Translations under genes and position numbers: made by a program
The notes under the pieces: generated by a model
What the model was told of the DNA's origin: nothing
Databases searched by the model: none
The model's input: only the letters and a program-made list of their open reading frames with translations
Shown here: in pieces, positions 8,542 through 16,209 of the stretch
How positions within the stretch are numbered: the stretch's first letter is position 1
Layout: each line of letters starts with the position of its first letter
Assembly: GCA_963748825.1 (NCBI GenBank)
Contig: CAVVKN010000019.1
Location: 1-26,858 of the forward strand
DNA from: Methanotrichaceae archaeon
Lineage (GTDB): Archaea; Halobacteriota; Methanosarcinia; Methanotrichales; Methanotrichaceae
Direction of reading: 5' to 3'
DNA length: 26,858 nt

Positions 8542-9696
8542 TTGAAGTCCAATGCTGGTTTTGTGGGTTTTGATGGAACAGAGAATAAGCGAACTCTTTT
8601 GGCTTTGGCGCAGGTTAAAAAGGCCGCTGGCATCGAGGGCGACCTGAATGTCCTGCTCAGAAAGCCCCATGGCCGGGCCCTGTCTATTGTATCCAAGTTC
8701 AATCGGCTGTTCGGCGTAAAGGCCTTTGTCAGTGAGACTGCGGATAAAGAGACGTGGGAGAAGGCAGGAGTCAAGATCGAGGGTGGCTATGATGACTTCT
8801 TTGCTGCATCAAATTTCTTGATGGTGGGCGCTCCGGGCGATAAGGAGCTCCCTTACGTTGAGGCAGGCCTCTCTCACGGCTGCTTTGTCTCACTTATGGG
8901 CGGAGCAGACCGGCCCGAGCTTCTCAAGGGATTGGCAGAGAGCGGGAAAGTCAAGATCTCGGATGAGCTGAAGGCAGACTTTGCCCGTGAGTTCTTCTTT
9001 GGACTGGAGAACTACGAGATGTTCCAAAAGGCCAAGCCCAGGCTGGTGCAGTGCACCAGTTGCAACACCACTGGCCTTTCCCGTCTGGCTCTGGCGGCGC
9101 GGCCCCTGGGCCTGACGGCTGTCCTTGGCAACATCGATCGTCGGCATGGCGATCCGCATACCGTGGTCAAGGCCTCTCCCAGTGCCATCCAGTTCGGCAA
9201 GGGCGCCGGGCACCAGGGCACGGACGCCGGAACTGTCTTCGAAGAGGTTAAGTTTGCCGTGCGCGCCAGCAAGGTGCCGACAACCGTGCCGCACACCAAC
9301 TTCCTTAACCTGGTCTTCAAGGGAAGTGTCACACCGGCGCAGTTGGTCGAGCAGTTAGCCAAGACCCGAGAGGTCGTGGTCATGCCCTATCAAGATGAAG
9401 GCAAGAAGCATGATTGGACCAGTGAGATCCTGGAGGCCTTCCTCTCGGCAGTTGAGCGGCCCATCAGCCCGGAGATCTTCGAGTTGATCGTCTCTGACGC
9501 CATCATTCCCTTCAAGCTGGGAGACAACACCATTCTGCAGACCGTCTCCATGGTGGAGCAGATGTCTATCGCCGTGCCCAATCACGTTGAGTCCTACCTG
9601 CTCTCGGCTGGCTACCCAGCAGCCGATGTGCACAGCCTGGTGGACAAATCCCTGGGTGTCATGCACGGCATCTGGCCGAATAAGCTTGCCTGCTGA
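8542..9696 (+). CDS. Divergent archaeal (type II) glyceraldehyde-3-phosphate dehydrogenase-like protein
   Basis: Catalytic SCNTTGL motif, RRHGDP, GHQGTD and KVPTTVPH. The Rossmann loop is altered to GFDGTENKR. Confidence 0.75.
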   Translation: MKSNAGFVGFDGTENKRTLLALAQVKKAAGIEGDLNVLLRKPHGRALSIVSKFNRLFGVKAFVSETADKETWEKAGVKIEGGYDDFFAASNFLMVGAPGDKELPYVEAGLSHGCFVSLMGGADRPELLKGLAESGKVKISDELKADFAREFFFGLENYEMFQKAKPRLVQCTSCNTTGLSRLALAARPLGLTAVLGNIDRRHGDPHTVVKASPSAIQFGKGAGHQGTDAGTVFEEVKFAVRASKVPTTVPHTNFLNLVFKGSVTPAQLVEQLAKTREVVVMPYQDEGKKHDWTSEILEAFLSAVERPISPEIFELIVSDAIIPFKLGDNTILQTVSMVEQMSIAVPNHVESYLLSAGYPAADVHSLVDKSLGVMHGIWPNKLAC

Positions 9697-9731
9697 AAGG
9701 AAAGACCACAGCTCGATCGTTCTGCCCTTCC

Positions 9732-10784
9732 ATGTCCGATGAGATAATAGGCCGGCTTGTTGGCGATAAGATCAGTCTGGGCGCAGGAGCCCTGCCTGAT
9801 CTTTATGAACAGGGCTACTTCGGCCGTCCCAAGGACAAAGGGCTGGAACTCTCCTTAGTGGAAGCAGCTTATCTCCTGGACCGATCCCGGATCAAGGTGC
9901 TTTCCGATGGGAAAGAGCTGGACTTTCAGGCCTTTTTCCAGACCGCATCTTCTCTGGAAAAGGGCTTTGAGTTTCGCTATGTTGTCTACAAAGACCTGCG
10001 AGAGCGCGGCTACTATGTGCAGCCCGGTCGACCCGATTTTCGCGTCTATCCTCGGGGAGGCCACCCAGGGAAGAGCCCGGCGGAGTTTTATGTTCTCGTC
10101 ATCTCCGAGCGCATGCCCCTTCCCCTGCAAGAGATAATGCAGCCGGTAAGGGTCGCGGGCCAAATGAGAAAAAAGCTGATGCTGGCCATTGTTGATGAGG
10201 AGAGCGACATCACCTTTTACGAGGCCAAGGAGAAGGACATGTCCGGCCTGATGGCTGAGGTGGAGCAGGGCGGCATGGCGACGCTCCTGGAGGATCGCGT
10301 GGTGCTCTGGGATGCTGCGGCATCCAGCAGGCTACATGAGCACGGATTTTACGGCAAGCCTGTGGGCGGACGTCTTCAGCTCTCCCTGGTAGAGTCGGCC
10401 TATCTCCTGGATAGAGGGGTGATTTCGCTGGTCGATCGCTCCGGAACGGACTTGAACCTGGAGAGCTTCGCGGCCAAAGCGAAGCTGATCGAGAGCGACT
10501 TCGATCTGAAATTCAGCGTTTATAAAGATCTGCGGGACAAGAGCCTGGTGGTGAAGACGGGCTTCAAGTTCGGCACGCACTTCCGGGTTTACAAGCAGGT
10601 ACAGGGCCCTGGCAAGGTGCCTCACTCCGAGTACCTGGTGCATACCGTGTCCGTTGACCACGTCTTCTTGCCTCCTGTGCTCTCTCGCGCCGTGCGTCTG
10701 GCCCATTCGGTGCGTAAGCTTATGATCTTCGCCTATGCCAGCGATGAGGTGCGCTACCTGGAGATCAAAAGGCTCAAGCCTTGA
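9732..10784 (+). CDS. endA: tRNA-splicing endonuclease (alpha2 type, internally duplicated)
   Basis: Two repeats (LELSLVEAAYL..VYKDLRERGY and LQLSLVESAYL..VYKDLRDK). The catalytic repeat has KTGFKFGTHFRVY, HSEYLV and RLAHSVRK. Confidence 0.96.
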   Translation: MSDEIIGRLVGDKISLGAGALPDLYEQGYFGRPKDKGLELSLVEAAYLLDRSRIKVLSDGKELDFQAFFQTASSLEKGFEFRYVVYKDLRERGYYVQPGRPDFRVYPRGGHPGKSPAEFYVLVISERMPLPLQEIMQPVRVAGQMRKKLMLAIVDEESDITFYEAKEKDMSGLMAEVEQGGMATLLEDRVVLWDAAASSRLHEHGFYGKPVGGRLQLSLVESAYLLDRGVISLVDRSGTDLNLESFAAKAKLIESDFDLKFSVYKDLRDKSLVVKTGFKFGTHFRVYKQVQGPGKVPHSEYLVHTVSVDHVFLPPVLSRAVRLAHSVRKLMIFAYASDEVRYLEIKRLKP

Positions 10785-10829
10785 ATTCTCGAAACTAATT
10801 ATTAATACTACATTGGCTCATGAGAAATT

Positions 10830-10997
10830 ATGCCTAAAATCGAGGTAGAGCTGAGTCCAGAATTAAGCGACCGGTTGATGAGATTTGTCGTCAAAAGCAG
10901 GGGCTCCCTCTATGTGCAACGTTCTGATGTCGTGGTTGAGGCCATAAAGGAATACCTGGATAGAAATGAGCGCAAAGTTCGCCGAGCCAACGGCTGA
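10830..10997 (+). CDS. Small ribbon-helix-helix (CopG-like) DNA-binding protein, 55 aa, absent from the ORF track
   Basis: Manual translation gives MPKIEVELSPELSDRLMRFVVKSRGSLYVQRSDVVVEAIKEYLDRNERKVRRANG: an alternating beta-strand, a helix, then S-D-V-V-x-E-A-I-x-E-Y-L. Confidence 0.75.
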   Translation: MPKIEVELSPELSDRLMRFVVKSRGSLYVQRSDVVVEAIKEYLDRNERKVRRANG

Positions 10998-11011
10998 GAA
11001 TTGATTTCGGT

Positions 11012-11860
11012 TCAAAACGGGAAAGGCTGGTCGTAATCGATCTCCACCAGTTTGAAGCGAGCATAATTGATATTTCCCCGGAGCAGCTTCCAAGTGGCTC
11101 CGACTTCTGTGGGGACTAAAATGCCGCTTTTCCGCTGATAATTATGGAAATAGCCGATCCAGACCGCCTTCTCCGGCTTTCCTTTGAAATCCCGATACTT
11201 GTCCGCCGTCACCACCTTTCTTATAGTTCCCCTCTTATCAAAATAGAAGGTGGCCGATGCAGTCAGCTCTCCGTTTCGCACTACAGCTTTCGCTGATTTC
11301 GAGTCGATGGGCTTCCAGGCGAGGTGCTCTCCCGGCAAAAGGGCTGTGGGAAACATTACCGCCTCGGAAAGCCAGCGGAGCAGAGAAGATTGATCCATCT
11401 CCCTTCCACTGGAGGCGGCCAGCTTTTTCAGGGACATTAGCAATACCCGCATGTCGCCTTTTCCCCCATAATAGCAATCGCAAACCTCGATCCAGAGCAG
11501 GGGAAGAAGCTTGGCCACTGCATGCCAGATAAATCCCGGAGGATGGCAGCTAACATATTCCTCGCTCTCTATTTTCATCCAGCTCTTGTTCTTATCGGCG
11601 CGCATCATGCCGGCAAGCTTGAGCCGGGCCGATCCGATCCTGGCCTGCCCTTCCGGCAGTACAAGGCGGAAATATCTCTGCAAAGGCTCCGGCAGTTCCT
11701 GCCAATCGGAGGGAACAACTACAGAGCCGGGCGAGGCGGCCGAGAAGAGCCCTTTGACCTCTCTCGCCACCCGGCGGCGGAAGATAAGACGACCGACAAG
11801 AGAAGAGACTATTAGCGCAGAAATAAGAAGAAACGGAAAGAGAAGAATGATCCAGGACAT
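11012..11860 (-). CDS. Membrane-anchored conserved protein (DUF6544/DUF6920-like)
   Basis: N-terminal TM helix, LPEPLQRYF, PGFIWHA, EMDQSSLLRWLSEAVMFPTALL and GILVPT. Confidence 0.75.
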   Translation of the reverse strand: MSWIILLFPFLLISALIVSSLVGRLIFRRRVAREVKGLFSAASPGSVVVPSDWQELPEPLQRYFRLVLPEGQARIGSARLKLAGMMRADKNKSWMKIESEEYVSCHPPGFIWHAVAKLLPLLWIEVCDCYYGGKGDMRVLLMSLKKLAASSGREMDQSSLLRWLSEAVMFPTALLPGEHLAWKPIDSKSAKAVVRNGELTASATFYFDKRGTIRKVVTADKYRDFKGKPEKAVWIGYFHNYQRKSGILVPTEVGATWKLLRGNINYARFKLVEIDYDQPFPF

Positions 11861-11893
11861 GCAATGGACAATTGTGGTGCTTGCCAGATAATC

Positions 11894-12160
11894 CTATGCC
11901 TCGGGCTTTGGGTCGTCACTCTTCTCCCACATAATTGTACCGTCATAAGTGATGCGCCGGATGCGGTGGAAGGGTATGAACTTGGGTCTATTCTCCCATT
12001 CTATCTCCATCCAGCCCTGCTCCAGGATGATGATTTTGTCTCCCCGGACAGCGGACCTGTCGCCCGGAGCGCCCCTATCGACAAATTCCACCTCGGTTTT
12101 GTTGAAATCGAAATGGGGATCATGTCGCAAACGCAAGAGAAGGGCGTGACTGGTTCTCAT
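11894..12160 (-). CDS. MJ1316/DUF504 (UPF0248) domain protein, predicted RNA end recognition
   Basis: MRTSHALLLRLRHDP..VDRGAP..IPFHRIRRI..G.IMWEK matches the family pattern. Confidence 0.85.
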   Translation of the reverse strand: MRTSHALLLRLRHDPHFDFNKTEVEFVDRGAPGDRSAVRGDKIIILEQGWMEIEWENRPKFIPFHRIRRITYDGTIMWEKSDDPKPEA

Positions 12161-12244
12161 AGCTTGATCATCCCTCTTTGCATCTGTGCCCCCTTGGTTA
12201 GCGCAAGTTGTGCAGTTGTGCTTTGGAGTTTTGCGAGTGTCTCC

Positions 12245-12406
12245 CTATCCCACTCGCCAGGCTCCGTTTTTCAGATCGGGATGAGGCAGTTGTCCCTCAT
12301 AGCCGCACATTTTGCAGCGCACATTTACAGTTACACCATCCTCGGTCCAGGCCTCGGCAACATAGCCGCATCTCGGACAGTTGTTCAGGAAACGAGTCGT
12401 TGCCAT
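12245..12406 (-). CDS. Small CPxCG-type zinc-finger protein, 53 aa, absent from the ORF track
   Basis: Manual translation gives MATTRFLNNCPRCGYVAEAWTEDGVTVNVRCKMCGYEGQLPHPDLKNGAWRVG, with two CxxCG knuckles and a GGGAGG SD upstream. Confidence 0.75.
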   Translation of the reverse strand: MATTRFLNNCPRCGYVAEAWTEDGVTVNVRCKMCGYEGQLPHPDLKNGAWRVG

Positions 12407-12463
12407 GATCAATCCTCCCGTTTAGTTTGGATTTATTTTGCTGAGATTATATCTACAATTATC

Positions 12464-12790
12464 TTATTTATCAGCTTTGATACCAACCTCGGCCAGCTCG
12501 GAAGAGATCAGCTCGTCCAGGAGCCCGGCCCGAAGCTGCTGAGCAAAGCTGAACAGTTCCGGCCCACACTTGCGGCAGTCCTGTGCAGTCTCTTCCATGA
12601 TGCGAACCATATCGAGCAGAGATCTGTACATCAGCGGCGCGGCATTCATCAGCTCCTGCTCAAAAGCACTGGGATGGCTTCTATCTAGAATAAGGCTACA
12701 GGCTTTTTGCCTCCAGGCCAGGCAGTCCTCTTGCAGGCATTCTCTGGCCACGAAGGGGCAGGCTTTTTGGGCAGTGCGCATAATTATCAA
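12464..12790 (-). CDS. Cys-rich hypothetical protein (start TTG 12790 or ATG 12781)
   Basis: CPF-x4-C-x4-C-LAW-x4-C at the N-terminus plus CRKC. GGTGA SD upstream. Confidence 0.65.
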   Translation of the reverse strand: MIIMRTAQKACPFVARECLQEDCLAWRQKACSLILDRSHPSAFEQELMNAAPLMYRSLLDMVRIMEETAQDCRKCGPELFSFAQQLRAGLLDELISSELAEVGIKADK

Positions 12791-12957
12791 TCACCTTACT
12801 ACTATATCCATATTTCAGCATATTATTCTTTTGATGAATCTCCATACCCTCTCACTTTCTGCCCTTTCTGTACTTGAGAATGCATCATCCTTCTTGCATC
12901 GCTTTGTTGGTTTGCGGGAAAGGTTAATAGCCTGGAAGCTACCATGGCTTGGATGTT

Positions 12958-13046
12958 GGACTCGTAGGGTAGTGGACATCCTAGCGGGCTTCGGTGACTA
13001 TGGTCGAAGATACCCGCTGACCTGGGTTCGAGTCCCGGCGAGTCCG
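12958..13046 (+). tRNA. tRNA-Arg(UCG) with a 17-nt intron (12995-13011) at position 37/38; CCA not encoded
   Basis: Acceptor stem GGACTCG/CGAGTCC, anticodon stem GCGGG/CCCGC, anticodon TCG at 12991-12993, T arm CTGGG-TTCGAGT-CCCGG. Strict BHB motif. TTAATA box upstream and T-run downstream. Confidence 0.95.
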
Positions 13047-13193
13047 TTAAATTTTTTGGCTAAAATAAGATTGGGAAATCTCCCCATTTTGTGTTGTCAC
13101 AATTAGGGACTGCAACTTTTATCATGATCTGGAACAAATAAATTTTCATTATGGTCTCTCTATGTTTCTTGTGGTTACGAGCGAGATTCCATG

Positions 13194-13227
13194 CAAAAAA
13201 AGGTTGCAGGAGGCATAATCCTCCTGC
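13194..13227 (-). terminator. Hairpin plus T-tract terminator downstream of the DUF11 gene
   Basis: Perfect 8-bp stem GCAGGAGG (13206-13213)/CCTCCTGC (13220-13227), followed on the minus strand by T7. Confidence 0.6.
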
Positions 13228-13241
13228 CTAATTGAGGCCGC

Positions 13242-14736
13242 TCATTCTGGCGAAACGTTGCCGACCTCAATCCTGGTATAGGTTGTTACGTGGTTATTTG
13301 AGTTGTCTGGATCCACCTCTGCTCCGTACACATATGCCGTATTGGATATCTGTCCCGGTGCTGGATCGTAGGGCGCTTGCACAGTAAGCACCAGTCTTGC
13401 GCTGCGGTACTTGGTCAAGCCTCCCAAGCTCCAAATTCCAGAGTCATCAAAATCACCCTGGCTGGCCGCTGAAGAGGTCAATATCAATTCTGGCGGCAGG
13501 AAGTCCTGTACAGTGACATCTGTGGCGCTGTCGGGTCCTCTGTTGGTCACAGTAAGCAGGTAGTTAAAGAAGCCTCCCGCCGGGGCAGGATTCGACGAAG
13601 AACTCATGGACAGAGCCAGGTCGGATTTGCTCAGGGGTTTTACTGGCACCACCACTACGAGGACTGGCTTGGATAAGGCAATAGAAAACGGATCATCCGG
13701 ATCTTCTGATGGCTTTTGCTACTAGGTTGTACACCCCAGGCTTTGCGCCCTCCCATACAAAGGTATAAGGTGACTCGCCCTCGCCCTCAGTGCTCCAAAG
13801 TTTTTGCGAATTTGCATAAAACTCAACATTGCTCACGGGATTGCTGTCGATCACCTCTGCAGTAATAGTGATATCTTCCGGAGCTGTAAATATTTGCCCG
13901 CTAAGAGGGTCTGTAATCCGCACAACAGGTTGCGAAGGGTTAACTGTTATAACAACTGGGGCGGATGGACAGCTATTTCCTCCTGTACCTGCAGCTCTTG
14001 CTGTCAAGAAATGGGTGCCTACAAGGAACGTGTTAAATATCGTAACCGGACAGTCACCCCCGGTATCCTCACAGTCACCCGAACCGATCCACTCTAAACC
14101 ATCAAAGAATTCTATTGATGAAACACCACCGGAAGACGTGGCATGAACAGGTATCTCTACTGAGTACCCAGTTTCACCAGACGGACCCGGATAAGCCGTA
14201 AATAGATCCCCATTTCGTGGGCTGCGTATCCTTACGGTAGGGGGATGAGGGATCTGAAGCACATCAATCGAGACAGTAATATTCGTTTCTGACCCCATTG
14301 CGTTAGATACGCTGACGGTAAATGAGTCGCTGCCGATATAACCCTTATTTGGCCTGTAAATTATATTCGGAGCCGTTCCGCTGACATTTCCATGAAGAGG
14401 CGAACTGATGAACTTATAGCTCAATAGATCGTTGTTGATATCTCTTGCAGAAAGCTCTATGATCTTGGCAGTATTGTTGCCGGTTGTCACATTTTGAACT
14501 TCTGGCGAAGACGATTGGGTCTGAAAATCAAAAGCGATTATGGCTGTGTCGATTGCGTTCAGGTCTGCGAAATCATTTTCGCTGCTGCCGGAAACCTGTG
14601 CAAAAGCCGCCTCTTCTTTGGCTTGCAAATTCCACTGTGGTTCTTGACCACCAGACGCGATAGTCAAGAATAGCACCATGAGTAATGCCATCTTGAGCAT
14701 TGCCCATGAAACCTTAAAATCCAACCCCTTGCTCAT
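13242..14736 (-). pseudogene. Secreted/surface protein with cadherin-like, two Ig-like and DUF11 domains, split by one frameshift near 13707 (real pseudogene or sequence error)
   Basis: Signal peptide, PLHGNVSGTAPNIIYRP..GSDSFT, PPTVRIRSP and PVVRITDP Ig repeats. The downstream frame continues EDPDDPFSIALSKPVLVVV then SDL..YLLTVTNRGPDSATDVTVQD.LP..DPDNSNN (DUF11). Confidence 0.75.
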
Positions 14737-14848
14737 AATAAATCCTCATATTTCTCTTAAGTGATAGATATTAACGCATGCTAATATAAATAACTTTTGT
14801 AGAAAATTTATTATTTACAAAAAAAAGGTGAGATGTTATTCAGCTTAA

Positions 14849-15892
14849 TTACCTCGTTTCGTACCTCAGTTTCAACCCCTCTTCCCTCCAGTCGAAGACC
14901 GGAATGCTCTTTCGCGGGTAGCCCGACTCCCGCAGGGCCTGCACCACGAGCGGCACGGTGATGGTGGCATCGGAGAAGACCTGCACTTTGCTCGCCTCCT
15001 TCTTGACCTTGCCCCAGGAGACAGCCTCCTCGAAGGTGCAGCCGGACAGGCCTCCCCAGTGCGGAGCGTCGGTCGTGTACTGAATGGCATAGCTATGGCC
15101 TCCCGAGTAGTCGCCTATCAATTCCGCTATGACCTCAGTCTGCTGGATGAAGTTCTTGGGAACGCCTCCGCCGATGTAAATCACTCCCGTCTGGGCGGAC
15201 TTTTCCACCATCTGGGTGATCTCGTCCACATCCTTGATACCATCGACCATGACGCTATGTCCTTCGCGCAGAGCCATGACCATGCCAATTCCCCAGGAGC
15301 TGTCTCCAAAGGCCGGCACGAAGATGGGCACTCCTGCTTTATGAGCCGCGCCGAGGATGGTTGTATCGGGCAGGTCTTTTCCCACCATGTACATCAATTC
15401 GCGTGATGAGTAGCGCCGGGCCGGGTCCAGGCTCTTCACGAAATTAGATATGTGATTGTCGGCTCTATGCAGCTCGATCTCCGATACGAATACGTCGTAG
15501 ATCCTGTCGATTTTGCATTCATTGAGATAGGCATCATCTGCGCAGGCGCTGCCCTGATAGTGAACGATGCCCAGTCCCTCGCACAGGTCGTGAAATAGAT
15601 TGGCACCCGTGCTGACCAGGCAGTCTACCTTTCTCTCCCGCAGAAGGTAGGCAATGAACTCGCCCAGGCCAGCAGGCACCATGGCCCCGGCGAGACCGAG
15701 GAATATGGTAACATCCTCGTCCAGCATGTGCTTCCAGACGTTCAGAGATGTGCCGAGCTGGCCTCCCTGAAAGCCCATCTTGCTCATATCCGCTACCAGA
15801 TCGGCAACACCCCTCTCTTTCATGGGTATTGTCGTCCTTATCTTCTCACCATTGCAGATAAAATCATGACCGTGACCGTGAACGTGATCCAT
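14849..15892 (-). CDS. Deoxyhypusine synthase-like protein (non-canonical paralogue; possible homospermidine or aminobutyl-agmatine synthase)
   Basis: GFQG, LGLAGAMVPAG, VSTGANLFHD, DRIYDV, PAFGDSS, GGGVPKNF and GGLSGCTFEEAVSWGK with the catalytic Lys retained. ATG at 15892 follows GAGGG. Confidence 0.9.
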   Translation of the reverse strand: MDHVHGHGHDFICNGEKIRTTIPMKERGVADLVADMSKMGFQGGQLGTSLNVWKHMLDEDVTIFLGLAGAMVPAGLGEFIAYLLRERKVDCLVSTGANLFHDLCEGLGIVHYQGSACADDAYLNECKIDRIYDVFVSEIELHRADNHISNFVKSLDPARRYSSRELMYMVGKDLPDTTILGAAHKAGVPIFVPAFGDSSWGIGMVMALREGHSVMVDGIKDVDEITQMVEKSAQTGVIYIGGGVPKNFIQQTEVIAELIGDYSGGHSYAIQYTTDAPHWGGLSGCTFEEAVSWGKVKKEASKVQVFSDATITVPLVVQALRESGYPRKSIPVFDWREEGLKLRYETR

Positions 15893-16209
15893 TTTATCCC
15901 TCAATATTTCTTCTCATCAGTGTCGGTCTGGATACATTTAAAGATTGTCGATCTGGTTGACTGATTTCTGCATTTCACATCTGCATTTTGCATTTGCCAG
16001 GTCTGAGTTGCTTGCCGCCAACCATGCAGGCATGAATCTTTATATACCAAAAAGCTCACTTTAGCAAAGTTCGATGTGATTGGCCGTGGTTTCATGGGGG
16101 TTGATAAATCGTTATGTCAGTCAATGATGATCCTAATTGGAGCGTTGGGGATAATAGCGATGAGGGCATGCGGACTTGGGGGCAGGTTTAATGGAGAAGG
16201 CTGAGTGAC

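Noticed and set aside
11864-12688. 274-aa plus-strand ORF
   Set aside because: Overlaps three better-supported minus-strand genes (DUF504, zinc finger, Cys-rich protein).
12570-13106. 178-aa plus-strand ORF
   Set aside because: Runs through the tRNA-Arg gene and its promoter; composition is not protein-like.
13047-14840. Genomic island integrated at tRNA-Arg (AT-richer surface protein gene next to the tRNA 3' end)
   Set aside because: No integrase, and no duplicate of the tRNA 3' end was noticed in the window.
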